This document shows positions 46,578 through 55,853 of a DNA stretch of 64,000 nt, piece after piece; position 1 is the stretch's first letter, and each line of letters begins with the position of its first letter. A program made the position numbers and the translations under genes. The notes beneath the pieces are model-generated. The model did not search any database and had not been told where the DNA came from. It worked only from the letters and a program-made list of their open reading frames with translations. Origin of the DNA: Bacteriovoracia bacterium (lineage in GTDB: Bacteria > Bdellovibrionota > UBA1018 > JBFWNL01); NCBI GenBank assembly GCA_050251055.1, contig JBFWNL010000005.1:1-64000 (forward strand), in the 5' to 3' direction.

Positions 46578-47444
46578 ATGTTTATGGGAAAGCAGGGCTC
46601 GGCTTCGGGCTTCAGCTTGGTGGAAGGCTTGCTTGCGCTAGCGGTTTTGATCATCGGGGTGACGGCCTTCACCCAGTTTATGCATCAGCAGCGAGTGGGT
46701 GAACGCGGGCTTGCCCAGGCCGCTAGCTATCGCCAGGAAGTGGATCGGTATCGCAGCTACCTCGCCATGCCCGAGCACTGTGAATCGGTTTTGCCGGATC
46801 CTACGGTGCCATTTCCGAACGATCCGGTAGCGGATGCCGCATTTATGGAGTCGCTGACGACCACGCCGAGAGTACTCCGCCGGCGTATTCCGCCGCTCGC
46901 GGCGAATATCTTTCATCCAGATCCCATCCTGCAGGAGGGGGCGACTTTAGATCGCCTGTTTCTCGTGCAGAGCTTTCGCTACACGGGCCTTCAGCCCCTG
47001 AGTAGCTCGCCAAATTTTTATGATCTGCAGCTCCAGCTCGTCGCTGATCGCAATGGACCCGGGATGGGCTCTATCCATTTACCTCAGAAAGACTTCACGA
47101 TCCGGGTCAGGCTGGGCGCCGATCGCCGGCCGGAAACCTGCTTTTGCACCAATTGCGGGGGCGGAGGAATGAACCCACTCGTCACCCAATGCCCGGTGGG
47201 CAGCGTGCTCACGGGTTACGCGGCGAATACGTTTGAACCAGTTTGCCTGCCGAATCCCGCCTGCGTGGCCGGCCAGTCGATCGTGGTGGAACGCCGGATG
47301 AATACCGACGGTGAGTTCGTGGACGCCGATGGGAACGTGGTGGCAAACGAGACCGATGCCGCGCTCGAGTGGCGGTGCTCTGATGGAGAAGAGGCCGAGA
47401 CGAGCACGGCCTTCATCAAACTTTGCAAGGGAGGTTGCGAATGA
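46578..47444 (+). CDS. Type IV pilin-like (prepilin N-methylation) protein with Cys-rich C-terminus
   Basis: G^FSLVE plus hydrophobic helix; C-terminal CPVGSVLTG..PVC. Confidence 0.8.
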   Translation: MFMGKQGSASGFSLVEGLLALAVLIIGVTAFTQFMHQQRVGERGLAQAASYRQEVDRYRSYLAMPEHCESVLPDPTVPFPNDPVADAAFMESLTTTPRVLRRRIPPLAANIFHPDPILQEGATLDRLFLVQSFRYTGLQPLSSSPNFYDLQLQLVADRNGPGMGSIHLPQKDFTIRVRLGADRRPETCFCTNCGGGGMNPLVTQCPVGSVLTGYAANTFEPVCLPNPACVAGQSIVVERRMNTDGEFVDADGNVVANETDAALEWRCSDGEEAETSTAFIKLCKGGCE

Positions 47445-48436
47445 AGTCTTTGAATCTTCGTTACTGGAGCCAATGGGCGTTGGTCGTAACCATCCTGGGC
47501 GCGCCGCTGGCGCGTGCCGATAACGTCGCCACCTGTCTGGAAAATGGGGGGGACTACAACGATTGCAGCGCAGATAGCATCGTCCAGCAATACATCCGGT
47601 ATAACATCCGCTATTGCCAAACGAGCTCGCGTGGCAATAAACGGTGCCAACATCACAATTCCCAGCAGGCCTACGCCAAGTGCGACTATAACGACCAGAA
47701 GCAGCACTGGTATTGGACGGCTAATAACGGCAAACAGCTCGCTTGCAAGTCAATTTTCGTTTCCGGTACGGAGGCCGCGGAGGGGTGTCGGGTGAGGATC
47801 AAAAAATCCAGCTGCCCATTTCTCAAGGCGGGCAAGGTGACGCCGGCTCCACTAAATGCCTCCAGTTCTACCACCAAAACCTACTATTTTAACGACCTCG
47901 CGGAATTGCCCATGGATGTCGACCAGCTGGCTGAGGACGTGAACCAGGAGGTGGCGGTGCCGGACCCCGGGACGACGGTGGACGGCACGAATTGGCGGAG
48001 TTTTGCGACCATCTTCGAGCAGACGGGAGCCACCCACGACTACTCGGACGGTAAGGGGCGCACCGAATTCTACTGGAACTTTGGTACGGGAAACCCCACG
48101 ACCGCGGGAAAGACGGATCTTATCCTCAATCGGAAGGTGAACGGCACGGTCCCGTCGAATACGATGCGAGCGGATATCATTACCCGGCATCTCCGCAGCA
48201 CCCAGAACGGAAATTTCCGCGACATGAGCTGCAACTCCCAGCCAACGCCGCAGGCGAAGCGAGATTGCTGTAAAGCCCGTGAGGACTACTGGGAGCGTTT
48301 TTGCACGCTTAAGGTCGTCAAAGTGAAGAAGAAGAAGCCCCCGACGGGCTCCGATCCGCGCGACTATATCGACGTAAAGGTGACTACCACCAAGGCTAAG
48401 GATGTAAACACGTCTTATATCGACTTGGAAATCTGA
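47441..48436 (+). CDS. Secreted Cys-rich hypothetical protein
   Basis: ATGA overlap with the pilin-like gene; signal peptide ending ARA; about 12 Cys. Confidence 0.7.
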   Translation: MKSLNLRYWSQWALVVTILGAPLARADNVATCLENGGDYNDCSADSIVQQYIRYNIRYCQTSSRGNKRCQHHNSQQAYAKCDYNDQKQHWYWTANNGKQLACKSIFVSGTEAAEGCRVRIKKSSCPFLKAGKVTPAPLNASSSTTKTYYFNDLAELPMDVDQLAEDVNQEVAVPDPGTTVDGTNWRSFATIFEQTGATHDYSDGKGRTEFYWNFGTGNPTTAGKTDLILNRKVNGTVPSNTMRADIITRHLRSTQNGNFRDMSCNSQPTPQAKRDCCKAREDYWERFCTLKVVKVKKKKPPTGSDPRDYIDVKVTTTKAKDVNTSYIDLEI

Positions 48437-48442
48437 GTCGGG

Positions 48443-50155
48443 CTAGGGAATTCGTTCGCCCACGTGGAGACGGTAGTCTCCCACCCGGGACGAGTGGATG
48501 CGTTTGAAGCGACGACCCATGACTTCGATTTCGTCATCACCATTTCCGTTCGCGGAAGGGTCTGCTTTGGCGGAGAGGAGAATTCCCACCCGTCGGGCTT
48601 GGTCCACTTGGGCGAGCGCCGTATAGGGCTGAGCTGATGTCGTTTCGTCGGAAACAAACGGAGGGGCCCAATTCGAAAGCAAGGTGCGGCGATTCGCCTC
48701 CCAAAAATTTTCGGTCAGCACTACGGGTACGCCCAGGCGGCGAAATTCGGCGGTGATGCTATCGTCTCTTGCGACCCCGCCGGAAGCCAGCAGGGAGGCA
48801 GCCCAGTCCCGGCGCGTAGATAGCTGGTCGCCCAGATGGAACAAGAGCAAGACCGCGACTAGGGCCAATCCGAAGGAACGAACGACCTTATTTTTAGTGG
48901 CGCCTTCGATCGCAGCGCCCAAGCCTAGCCAAAGGGGTGGGACGACCGCTACGAGGTAGCGTGGGGGTGCGTCCGCGTAAGGCCGTTTCAAAATAAATGC
49001 GAGCATTGCGACCGCTAGCGCCGCTACGGCCACGCGATAGCGCGAATGGCGGATGCCGAATATCGTGAGCCCAGTCAGGAGCAACCAGCTAGCGTAAAAT
49101 CCGGGAGATGATTCCGGCCCTCCGGTGAATATCGCGCGCAGCGCCCCGGGGATCTGGCCGATCCCCATCAGCATGCCGTGAAAATCAGCGTCGGGGACGG
49201 AACGGGCGCCATGCCCGCGCATCCACATGGAAATGAGTTCGGGCATGAAGCCAATCGCCAGTCCGAGCAAGAAAACTCCCCCGCGGACGAGGTTGCGTCG
49301 GCTTCTGAGGCTCGGATTATTCTTTACCCATACCCAAGCGAAGCAAAGAGCTGCGTTGTGGAGGTTTGGCGTTGCCCAGATCTTAACCGGCCGCCCGTTC
49401 CAGGTGCCCACGGTTTGGCCAAAGGTCTGCAGGTAAGCATAGAGGGCGACAAACGCCAGGCCCAATCCGAGTACGGCGCGGTCGGCCCGGGTGCGGGCGC
49501 CGAATTTCGCGCACAAGGCGTGTCCGAGGTCGCGCCAGGGAACGAATAGAGCCGCGAGGAAAATATCGGCCATGCGACTCGTGTAATGGGCGAAACCCGC
49601 GACTACGCCCGCGCCGAAAAGCGTCGGTAGGTTTAGGTTTCGCCAAGGATCACGGTAGGCGGGGTAGCGTCCGGCCACCGTCAGCACGAGGAAACCGAAG
49701 AAAATAGCGAAGACGTGGAAGTCAACGCCGTACAAGGTATAGAAAAAATTCAAACCCACCGCGCCGGCTAAGCCCAGGATGGCCGCCGTCGCAAACGAGA
49801 AGTAAGCGCTGCCCAATGCGAACGCCAGCGCCGCGAAAGTCCACGGCAGCCAAAAGTAGTTGAATGAGAAATGGGCGTCGATCGCCGAAGTGCCCAGGGC
49901 GCGCATCGAAAACACGACCCAGGCGGTACGGATCCAAGTAAGGAAGTTGCCCCCGTAAGTGTCCTCGAGTTGGAAAAACGTCCAGTGGCCTTGGCGGATC
50001 AGGTCAGAAGTGAGCGGAGCTACCGCGAGATCGGAGTTTAGGATGGCAGGGGCGGCGGCATGGATTTCCCGATGGGCGAAATAGACGGCGACTCCCAGGA
50101 CCGCGAGGGTGAGGGCGGTCCGGAGCCCGCGCCCGGACTTACTTGGCGACGGCAC
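48443..50155 (-). CDS. Polytopic membrane protein, GT-C/ArnT-like glycosyltransferase
   Basis: More than 10 TMs, NSD after TM1, PRY late motif; follows a GT2 gene; GTG start inferred. Confidence 0.6.
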   Translation of the reverse strand: MPSPSKSGRGLRTALTLAVLGVAVYFAHREIHAAAPAILNSDLAVAPLTSDLIRQGHWTFFQLEDTYGGNFLTWIRTAWVVFSMRALGTSAIDAHFSFNYFWLPWTFAALAFALGSAYFSFATAAILGLAGAVGLNFFYTLYGVDFHVFAIFFGFLVLTVAGRYPAYRDPWRNLNLPTLFGAGVVAGFAHYTSRMADIFLAALFVPWRDLGHALCAKFGARTRADRAVLGLGLAFVALYAYLQTFGQTVGTWNGRPVKIWATPNLHNAALCFAWVWVKNNPSLRSRRNLVRGGVFLLGLAIGFMPELISMWMRGHGARSVPDADFHGMLMGIGQIPGALRAIFTGGPESSPGFYASWLLLTGLTIFGIRHSRYRVAVAALAVAMLAFILKRPYADAPPRYLVAVVPPLWLGLGAAIEGATKNKVVRSFGLALVAVLLLFHLGDQLSTRRDWAASLLASGGVARDDSITAEFRRLGVPVVLTENFWEANRRTLLSNWAPPFVSDETTSAQPYTALAQVDQARRVGILLSAKADPSANGNGDDEIEVMGRRFKRIHSSRVGDYRLHVGERIP

Positions 50156-50900
50156 TCGGCAGCGCCCGGGGAGCCGCGGAGTGGTAGCGCTTTTTCTTCC
50201 ACGGCGGTCGTTTGAACGCGGCCCAGACCGTGCGGAGGGCATAGCCGAATAGGCCGGGCACGTTCACGGAAGAGCTTTGGTCCTCGTAGCGGACGGGCAT
50301 CGGAACTTCGCCGATGCGGAAGCCTTCCATCACGCAATCCATCATGATGTCGCTCGCGAACGCGTGGGTGTCGGGATAGGTGTCGAGCGGCAGCGTCTGC
50401 AAAACTTTGCGGCTGTACGCCCGCATGCCGCTATGCCATTCGCCGAAGTTCACGCCGAACCAGACGTTCTCGAACATAGTAAGGATGCGATTTCCGAGGT
50501 AGCGGTAAAGGGGCATGCCGCCGGCGAGCGATTCGGCGCGGGAGCGGATGCGGTTGGCTTGGATCACGTCGAAGTGTCCGCGCACGATGTATTCGGCCAG
50601 CAGGTCCGCTACGGAAGGTTCGTACTGGTAATCGGGATGGACTTCGACCACCACGTCGGCGCCCTGGCGCACGGCTTCGGCATAGAGCCGCTTGAGATTT
50701 CCGCCGTATCCGTAGTTACGGTCGTGGGTGATGACCTGGATACCGAGATTTTGAGCGATTTCCGCCGTGCGGTCCTGGCTGACGTTGTTGCCGAGGATGA
50801 CGTTTTTCTGGAGGGCCGCGGGCAGGGCCCGGTAGGTCTGCTCCAGGGTCTTCTCGACGTTGTAGGCCGGCATGACGACGGTGATTTTCATCTCTGGCAT
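50139..50900 (-). CDS. Glycosyltransferase family 2 (polyprenol-phosphate sugar synthase-like)
   Basis: VVMPAYN, S.D.T, NYGYG, HPDYQY, HSGMRAYSR, IGEVP. Confidence 0.88.
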   Translation of the reverse strand: MPEMKITVVMPAYNVEKTLEQTYRALPAALQKNVILGNNVSQDRTAEIAQNLGIQVITHDRNYGYGGNLKRLYAEAVRQGADVVVEVHPDYQYEPSVADLLAEYIVRGHFDVIQANRIRSRAESLAGGMPLYRYLGNRILTMFENVWFGVNFGEWHSGMRAYSRKVLQTLPLDTYPDTHAFASDIMMDCVMEGFRIGEVPMPVRYEDQSSSVNVPGLFGYALRTVWAAFKRPPWKKKRYHSAAPRALPSAVAK

Positions 50901-50961
50901 GGGTGCCCCGAGTGTAATCATAAATGCGGGGTTGCCGCAACCCGGGATAGAAGCCAAGCGC

Positions 50962-52392
50962 CTAAAAAGGCAGGCGAATAGAGAGAAATAGCGAGACTAA
51001 GCGCTTCACCTTAGGGCCGTAAGGGGGAAGCAGGAAATTCGAGATACTGAAGCGCCGCGCGAATAGTACGGCCCGTTCGTGGGAGAAGGCCTTGAACCCG
51101 AAAAACCCGTGGCAGCTGCCGATGCCGCTCGCACCGACGCCGCCAAATGGGAGATGGGCGTTGGAAAGGTGAACGAGCGCGCTATTGATCACGGTGCCTC
51201 CGGCCGAGGTCTGGGCCAGCACCTGTTCAATCCGAGCGCGGTCGCTTGCGTAAACGTAAAGCGACAGGGGTTTGTCTCCGGCTCGGACGCGGGCGCAGGC
51301 TTCCTCGAGCGTCCGGTAGGTGAGTACGGGCAGGACCGGCCCGAAAATTTCCTCGCGCATGATCGGATGATCCCACTGCGCCGGAAAGAGTACGGTCGGG
51401 GCGATATAGCGGGTTTCCGGCCGAAATACTCCGCCCGTAACCGCGCGAGCGCCCGCCGTGAGGCTGTCTTCGGTAAGTTTCCGCAGGCGGGAGAAGTGGG
51501 CGTCGTTTACGGGTCGGCAAAAATCGGGCGACTTCTCGCGGGCCGCTTCATCCGAGCCGTAAAATCGCGCAATCACGTTCTGGATCTCGGCCAGAAACTC
51601 CTGGGTGCGTGATTCAGGAAGCAGGACGTAGTCGGGCGCCACGCACGTTTGGCCCGCGTTGACGAACTTGCCCCAGGCGATGCGTTCGCAGGTCAGGCGG
51701 AGATCCGCCGATTCGTCGACGATGGCCGGTGACTTTCCCCCCAGCTCGAGGGTGACGGGAGTCAGGTGCTTGGCTGCGGCCTGCATGACGAGCTTGCCAA
51801 CCCGTGTGCTGCCGGTGAAAAAGATATGATCAAACGGAAGCTCAAGCAGATGCTGAGAAATGGCAGCATCCCCCTCGAAGAGCGCGACCTCGCGTTCTTC
51901 GAACACCTCTTCGATCAAGCTCGCTAAAAAGCGGCTCGTATGCGCCGTAAGCTCGGAAGGCTTAAGTATACAGCAGTTGCCGGCCGCGATCGCGGAGATG
52001 AGCGGTGTCATCATCAAATAAAACGGATAGTTCCAAGGCGAGATAATCAGGACCACGCCTTTGGGCTCGTAACGGATTTCGCTGCGCGATCCCCACAGGG
52101 CGAGCGAGTTGGGTACCCGGTGGGGCCGGGTCCACGTGCGCAGGTGGCGGAGCGTGTGGTCGATCTCGGCGAGGGTCGTATAGATCTCGGTCGAATCAAC
52201 TTCGACCGCGGGTTTTCGGAAGTCGCGGTAAATGGCTTCACGGATTTCCGGAGCCCGCCGCTGAATCGCGGCGCGCAGCTTTTCGAGCCGCTCGCGTCGG
52301 TGACCGATCGGGCTGGCCTTGACCGTGGGATGGTGCGCGCGTTGGCTCTCGAAGATGCGAGCAATGTCGGAAGCGTTCCGCTGGACGGTCAT
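50962..52392 (-). CDS. Aldehyde dehydrogenase (ALDH3/fatty or coniferyl aldehyde type)
   Basis: PWNYP, KPSE, FTGS, LELGGKSP, GQTCVAPDY, EEIFGP, PFGG. Confidence 0.95.
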   Translation of the reverse strand: MTVQRNASDIARIFESQRAHHPTVKASPIGHRRERLEKLRAAIQRRAPEIREAIYRDFRKPAVEVDSTEIYTTLAEIDHTLRHLRTWTRPHRVPNSLALWGSRSEIRYEPKGVVLIISPWNYPFYLMMTPLISAIAAGNCCILKPSELTAHTSRFLASLIEEVFEEREVALFEGDAAISQHLLELPFDHIFFTGSTRVGKLVMQAAAKHLTPVTLELGGKSPAIVDESADLRLTCERIAWGKFVNAGQTCVAPDYVLLPESRTQEFLAEIQNVIARFYGSDEAAREKSPDFCRPVNDAHFSRLRKLTEDSLTAGARAVTGGVFRPETRYIAPTVLFPAQWDHPIMREEIFGPVLPVLTYRTLEEACARVRAGDKPLSLYVYASDRARIEQVLAQTSAGGTVINSALVHLSNAHLPFGGVGASGIGSCHGFFGFKAFSHERAVLFARRFSISNFLLPPYGPKVKRLVSLFLSIRLPF

Positions 52393-52790
52393 GGCATCGT
52401 CGAGTTCAGGTAAGCGGTCAGCGCCTGAATCTCTCCCTTGAGTTGCGGCATGGCCACCATCGACTTCGTCGTACGCTTGGGCGTGTACCCTTGCGGGTAC
52501 TCGGCGCGCATCACGCGGGCTTCGATAAGTGCCTCGGAGGAGCCGGCGATCTCCGGTCCCAAAGTTCCGCCTTTGCGGGGGTCGGGATTATGGCAAGCAA
52601 TGCAGCTCGTTTGGTAAATGGCTTTGCCACGTGAAACGAGCTTGGCCTGGGTTTCCTCTGGGGTCAGCGTCGCCGCCTCTTTTCGGCAGCCCGTGAGGCC
52701 GATCCCTAAGGTCAGCGCGAAACTAGGCAGGAGCACCCATACGCCCGCCCAGACGCTCTGCTTCCGGCCGATCGAAGGCCTCTTTGTCAC
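52389..52790 (-). CDS. Monoheme c-type cytochrome lipoprotein
   Basis: LTGC lipobox, CIACH, distal M...MP. Confidence 0.85.
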   Translation of the reverse strand: MTKRPSIGRKQSVWAGVWVLLPSFALTLGIGLTGCRKEAATLTPEETQAKLVSRGKAIYQTSCIACHNPDPRKGGTLGPEIAGSSEALIEARVMRAEYPQGYTPKRTTKSMVAMPQLKGEIQALTAYLNSTMP

Positions 52791-52805
52791 GCGTACCGCC
52801 GAAAA

Positions 52806-53504
52806 TTACAGGATCACTTCCATCGTGACGTAAAGCACGATGGCGAGCAGAAATCCCATGTGGATCACGCCCTTCACGGTGGCCATCGGCCCAAGCTTGC
52901 CCTTGATCGCGTTGAGCTGAATTAACCCCACGATGACGGCCAAGACGCCGGCAAGCAGGCCGAAGTTCGAGTCGGCGCTCACGTTCATGTTCAAGTGGCT
53001 GGCTGCGCCCATGCAGAACAGCATCGGAATCGAAAACAGGGTGTTGGTCCGCGAGGCAACCATCGCTCGGGCGCCGGCGGCGGCGGCTTCCGGCAGGGCG
53101 GCTTTGCCCGCGGCGGCCTGGGTGGCGGAGGCGATGACGATTTTCTGGTTTGGCCAGATGATGAACCAAACGTTCGCCCACATGAGGCTACCTAGGGTAG
53201 CGCCCAATAGGATGGCAACGCCCCAGGAGGTAGCGAATATTTCTGCGCCGCCGTGGCCTTTCATCCCCAGGTAAGCCCAGCCAGTGAGGAAGGTGAACAT
53301 CGCTGCCCACCGAAACCACCACAAGGCGCGCGGGACGAGTTTCTGGATCGCGTTTGATTTGGTCGCGGCGTCAGTTTCGTTAAAGAACGCGCCCTGAACA
53401 AAGTTGAAGTAGTAAAGGAGGCCGATCCAAGTAATGCCGAAGAAAAAATGCAGCCAGCGAAAGAGGAACAAGAGTCCGTCTTGCGTTAAGAGTGCGAAGT
53501 CCAT
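52806..53504 (-). CDS. Urate_ox_N/PuuD-like membrane protein (no fused cytochrome)
   Basis: RWLHFFFGITWIGLLYYFNF, WFRWAA, NVWFIIWPNQK, SRTN, SH; AGGAG RBS. Confidence 0.85.
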   Translation of the reverse strand: MDFALLTQDGLLFLFRWLHFFFGITWIGLLYYFNFVQGAFFNETDAATKSNAIQKLVPRALWWFRWAAMFTFLTGWAYLGMKGHGGAEIFATSWGVAILLGATLGSLMWANVWFIIWPNQKIVIASATQAAAGKAALPEAAAAGARAMVASRTNTLFSIPMLFCMGAASHLNMNVSADSNFGLLAGVLAVIVGLIQLNAIKGKLGPMATVKGVIHMGFLLAIVLYVTMEVIL

Positions 53505-53588
53505 AGGGGTTCTCCTTTACGTTATGACTCCACTTATAAGGTAAATTAGGCTTTAGGTCCAAAGATTTGTCGGGTATTAAGCTAGATC

Positions 53589-53996
53589 ATGACTAGCCGC
53601 ACATCAAATCTACGGGTGAGCTCCGCTTCGGCGGATGCCCAGCGGCCAAGCACCTGGCGGAAGTACCAAAAAGGGATGTGCGAGGGCTGTTGGGGTGGGT
53701 GTTGCACCTTACCGGTGGAGGTGAGTGCCCACGATCTGATTCGACTCGGGTTGACGGATGAGGGAGAAGTCGGGGTTTCGCCGAAGGCGCTCGCAAAACG
53801 CCTGACGAAAGAGAAGGTCCTTCAGGGCTACAATCCCCGCACGGGGATCTTTACCCTTGCGCAAGTCGCCGGCCGCGATTGTATCTACCTGGATAAAGAC
53901 CGGCTATGCACGGTATACGATCGGCGGCCGGAGGTGTGCCGGCAGTTCCCGAAGATTGGGCCACGTCCCGGTTTCTGTCCGGCGCGCAAGAAATAG
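53589..53996 (+). CDS. YkgJ-family Cys-cluster (CxxCxxCC) protein
   Basis: CEGCWGGCC, CIYL, CTVYDRRPEVCRQFP. Confidence 0.88.
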   Translation: MTSRTSNLRVSSASADAQRPSTWRKYQKGMCEGCWGGCCTLPVEVSAHDLIRLGLTDEGEVGVSPKALAKRLTKEKVLQGYNPRTGIFTLAQVAGRDCIYLDKDRLCTVYDRRPEVCRQFPKIGPRPGFCPARKK

Positions 53997-54000
53997 CGGT

Positions 54001-54243
54001 TTATTGCTTGGTCTTAAGCGAAGCGTCGTTCGCCTTAATAAAGGCGCGAATATCGTCGGCCATATCGAGGAGCTTATTCCACTGCTCTTTATAAAGAGTT
54101 ACGGGAAAGCGACCCATGCCATAAATCGACAAGGCCCCTTTTTCGCTCACCTTCATGCTGAGACCGCGCGAAGAGGTTTTCTTCAGAGCGGCATTTTCGG
54201 CGCGAAGTCTCTCTAACTCGTCTTTCATCTGATCGTCTGACAT
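54001..54243 (-). CDS. Small conserved hypothetical protein (coiled-coil plus beta-hairpin/helix)
   Basis: ELERLRAEN coiled coil; KVSEKGALSIYGMGRFPVTLYKEQW. Confidence 0.8.
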   Translation of the reverse strand: MSDDQMKDELERLRAENAALKKTSSRGLSMKVSEKGALSIYGMGRFPVTLYKEQWNKLLDMADDIRAFIKANDASLKTKQ

Positions 54244-54280
54244 GGGCAGATTCTATGCCTGGCCGAGGCGTGCGACAAGC

Positions 54281-54829
54281 TCAATTCAAGACCAGCGAGA
54301 ACGATCCTCCACAGCTTTCCGACGCCGTCGGGTAGAGGTGGACGATGGCGGGCAAAGGAAGGATCGCGGGCAAGGAGAAGGACTCTCCGGCGACGGGTTG
54401 AGTCAAGGGGGTTACATCCCCGATTTCGACGGGATCGATTTCTTCTCCGGGGGGTATCAGCAAAGTATCCGAAATAAAGTGGCAGCCCAAAGCGAGGATG
54501 TCCGTCGTACAAGCGGAGAAGGCCGCGCGCTCGGCCACGATTCGTCCGCGCCGATTGGCGTCGATGAATCCTTGGTAGGTCCCGAAGCGGGTGCCCACTC
54601 CCAGGGCTTTTTCGATCCCTTCGGTTACCCGCACTCGCTGCTGGCATGTTTCGTAGGGGAGGCTCGTGCATTCCTCCACTCGCTGGCAGACGGTTCGGAG
54701 CAGGGATTCGGCGGGGGTGATGGGATTGCCGGTCACCGTACCCCGTCCGTCCTGGGGGGCTCCCAGACAGGCGGCAAGTAAAAGGAGTCCCGCGGGAACC
54801 ACCCGTCTCGGCAGAAGCGTGGGATTCAT
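54281..54829 (-). CDS. Cys-rich lipoprotein accompanying the TIGR02147 gene
   Basis: LAAC lipobox, GTVTGNP motif, several Cys; ATGA overlap. Confidence 0.7.
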   Translation of the reverse strand: MNPTLLPRRVVPAGLLLLAACLGAPQDGRGTVTGNPITPAESLLRTVCQRVEECTSLPYETCQQRVRVTEGIEKALGVGTRFGTYQGFIDANRRGRIVAERAAFSACTTDILALGCHFISDTLLIPPGEEIDPVEIGDVTPLTQPVAGESFSLPAILPLPAIVHLYPTASESCGGSFSLVLN

Positions 54830-55668
54830 GCCGCCTCCGAGATCGGAAAGAGCTGAAAATTGATTTGCACTACCTTCTCTGTTTCGCCTGAATCGTGGGC
54901 GATGGCGTCGAGCACCTGGTCGCGAAACACCCGAATCATCTCTTTCACTTGGGCGCAGGTCTCGCGGGAGAGCCCCGTGGTGATCGCGGAGATCTCCCGT
55001 TCTTGGCGAGGGATTCGTTCGATGGCCTCACCGGCGAGGCGGATCATGTGACGGTGGTACTGGGCGATCGCGCTGGAAACCACTTCGTCGCCGGTGACAA
55101 TCGCGCCGGTGCTGCGTCTGAGCTTGCCGTTCGGCCCACGCTCGATCAAACCCAGGGTCAACAATTCCCGTAGGGCGCGGCGGGCTTGATCGGCCGTAAT
55201 GGGAGGGTTGAGGCTGCGAGCCAGCGTCTGGGGGTCCTCGCTAAAAGCCGGGCTGCCGACGAGTTCGCGAATCGGGATGAAATACCACTGGGCGTAGTAG
55301 TTGAACTGGGCCTCGCTCAAAGGATGGAGGCTGCGGAATCTCCCGCTCGTGACGAGCTGCTGGGCAAAGTGTTGCCGTTGCTCGCTCGAGCGGGTCTGGT
55401 TGAAATGCACGAGCTGGGTGAAGAAGTCGGTTTCGTGGCGAGTGAGTTTGAGCGCGCGCGCGCAGCGCGGGATGGCTTCCGTTGAGAGGTTGCGTTTGCC
55501 ATCCATGACGAGCTTGAAGTAGTTGGGCGAAGCAAAACCGGCCCGCTTGGCGAGGAAGCGATACGAAAATCCGGGTCGCACGGTTTTCATGTGGAGGTAG
55601 TGGTCGCGCATGAATTTACGGTAGTCGGCGTAGGCGTAAACTTTGGGCGGCAAACTCGGGCTTCCCAT
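54826..55668 (-). CDS. TIGR02147-family / DUF4423 protein (N-terminal HTH)
   Basis: Y.DYR.F, FSYR.LA..AGF.SPN, GKRNLS, WY...IREL, H..MI, QINFQLFP. Confidence 0.88.
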   Translation of the reverse strand: MGSPSLPPKVYAYADYRKFMRDHYLHMKTVRPGFSYRFLAKRAGFASPNYFKLVMDGKRNLSTEAIPRCARALKLTRHETDFFTQLVHFNQTRSSEQRQHFAQQLVTSGRFRSLHPLSEAQFNYYAQWYFIPIRELVGSPAFSEDPQTLARSLNPPITADQARRALRELLTLGLIERGPNGKLRRSTGAIVTGDEVVSSAIAQYHRHMIRLAGEAIERIPRQEREISAITTGLSRETCAQVKEMIRVFRDQVLDAIAHDSGETEKVVQINFQLFPISEAA

Positions 55669-55758
55669 AGAAATCCCTCTTTCTCGCTCCAGGATATCGG
55701 ACCGGCGGGGCCGAAGAAATGTGGCGATTCCGACACCCGCGTGTAAAGCTGGGCTGGT

Positions 55759-55784
55759 ATACATTAGAATACGGATAGAATACG
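55759..55784. promoter_or_regulatory. Phased direct repeat upstream of the TIGR02147 gene
   Basis: TAGAATACG at 55765 and 55776 (11-bp period) plus an ATAC core at 55759. Confidence 0.4.
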
Positions 55785-55853
55785 TTTGTTTTTCGGTGTG
55801 GCCGCGAACCTCGGAGGATAGACTTCCGAGGTTCGCGGCCGCGCACGTCGGGT

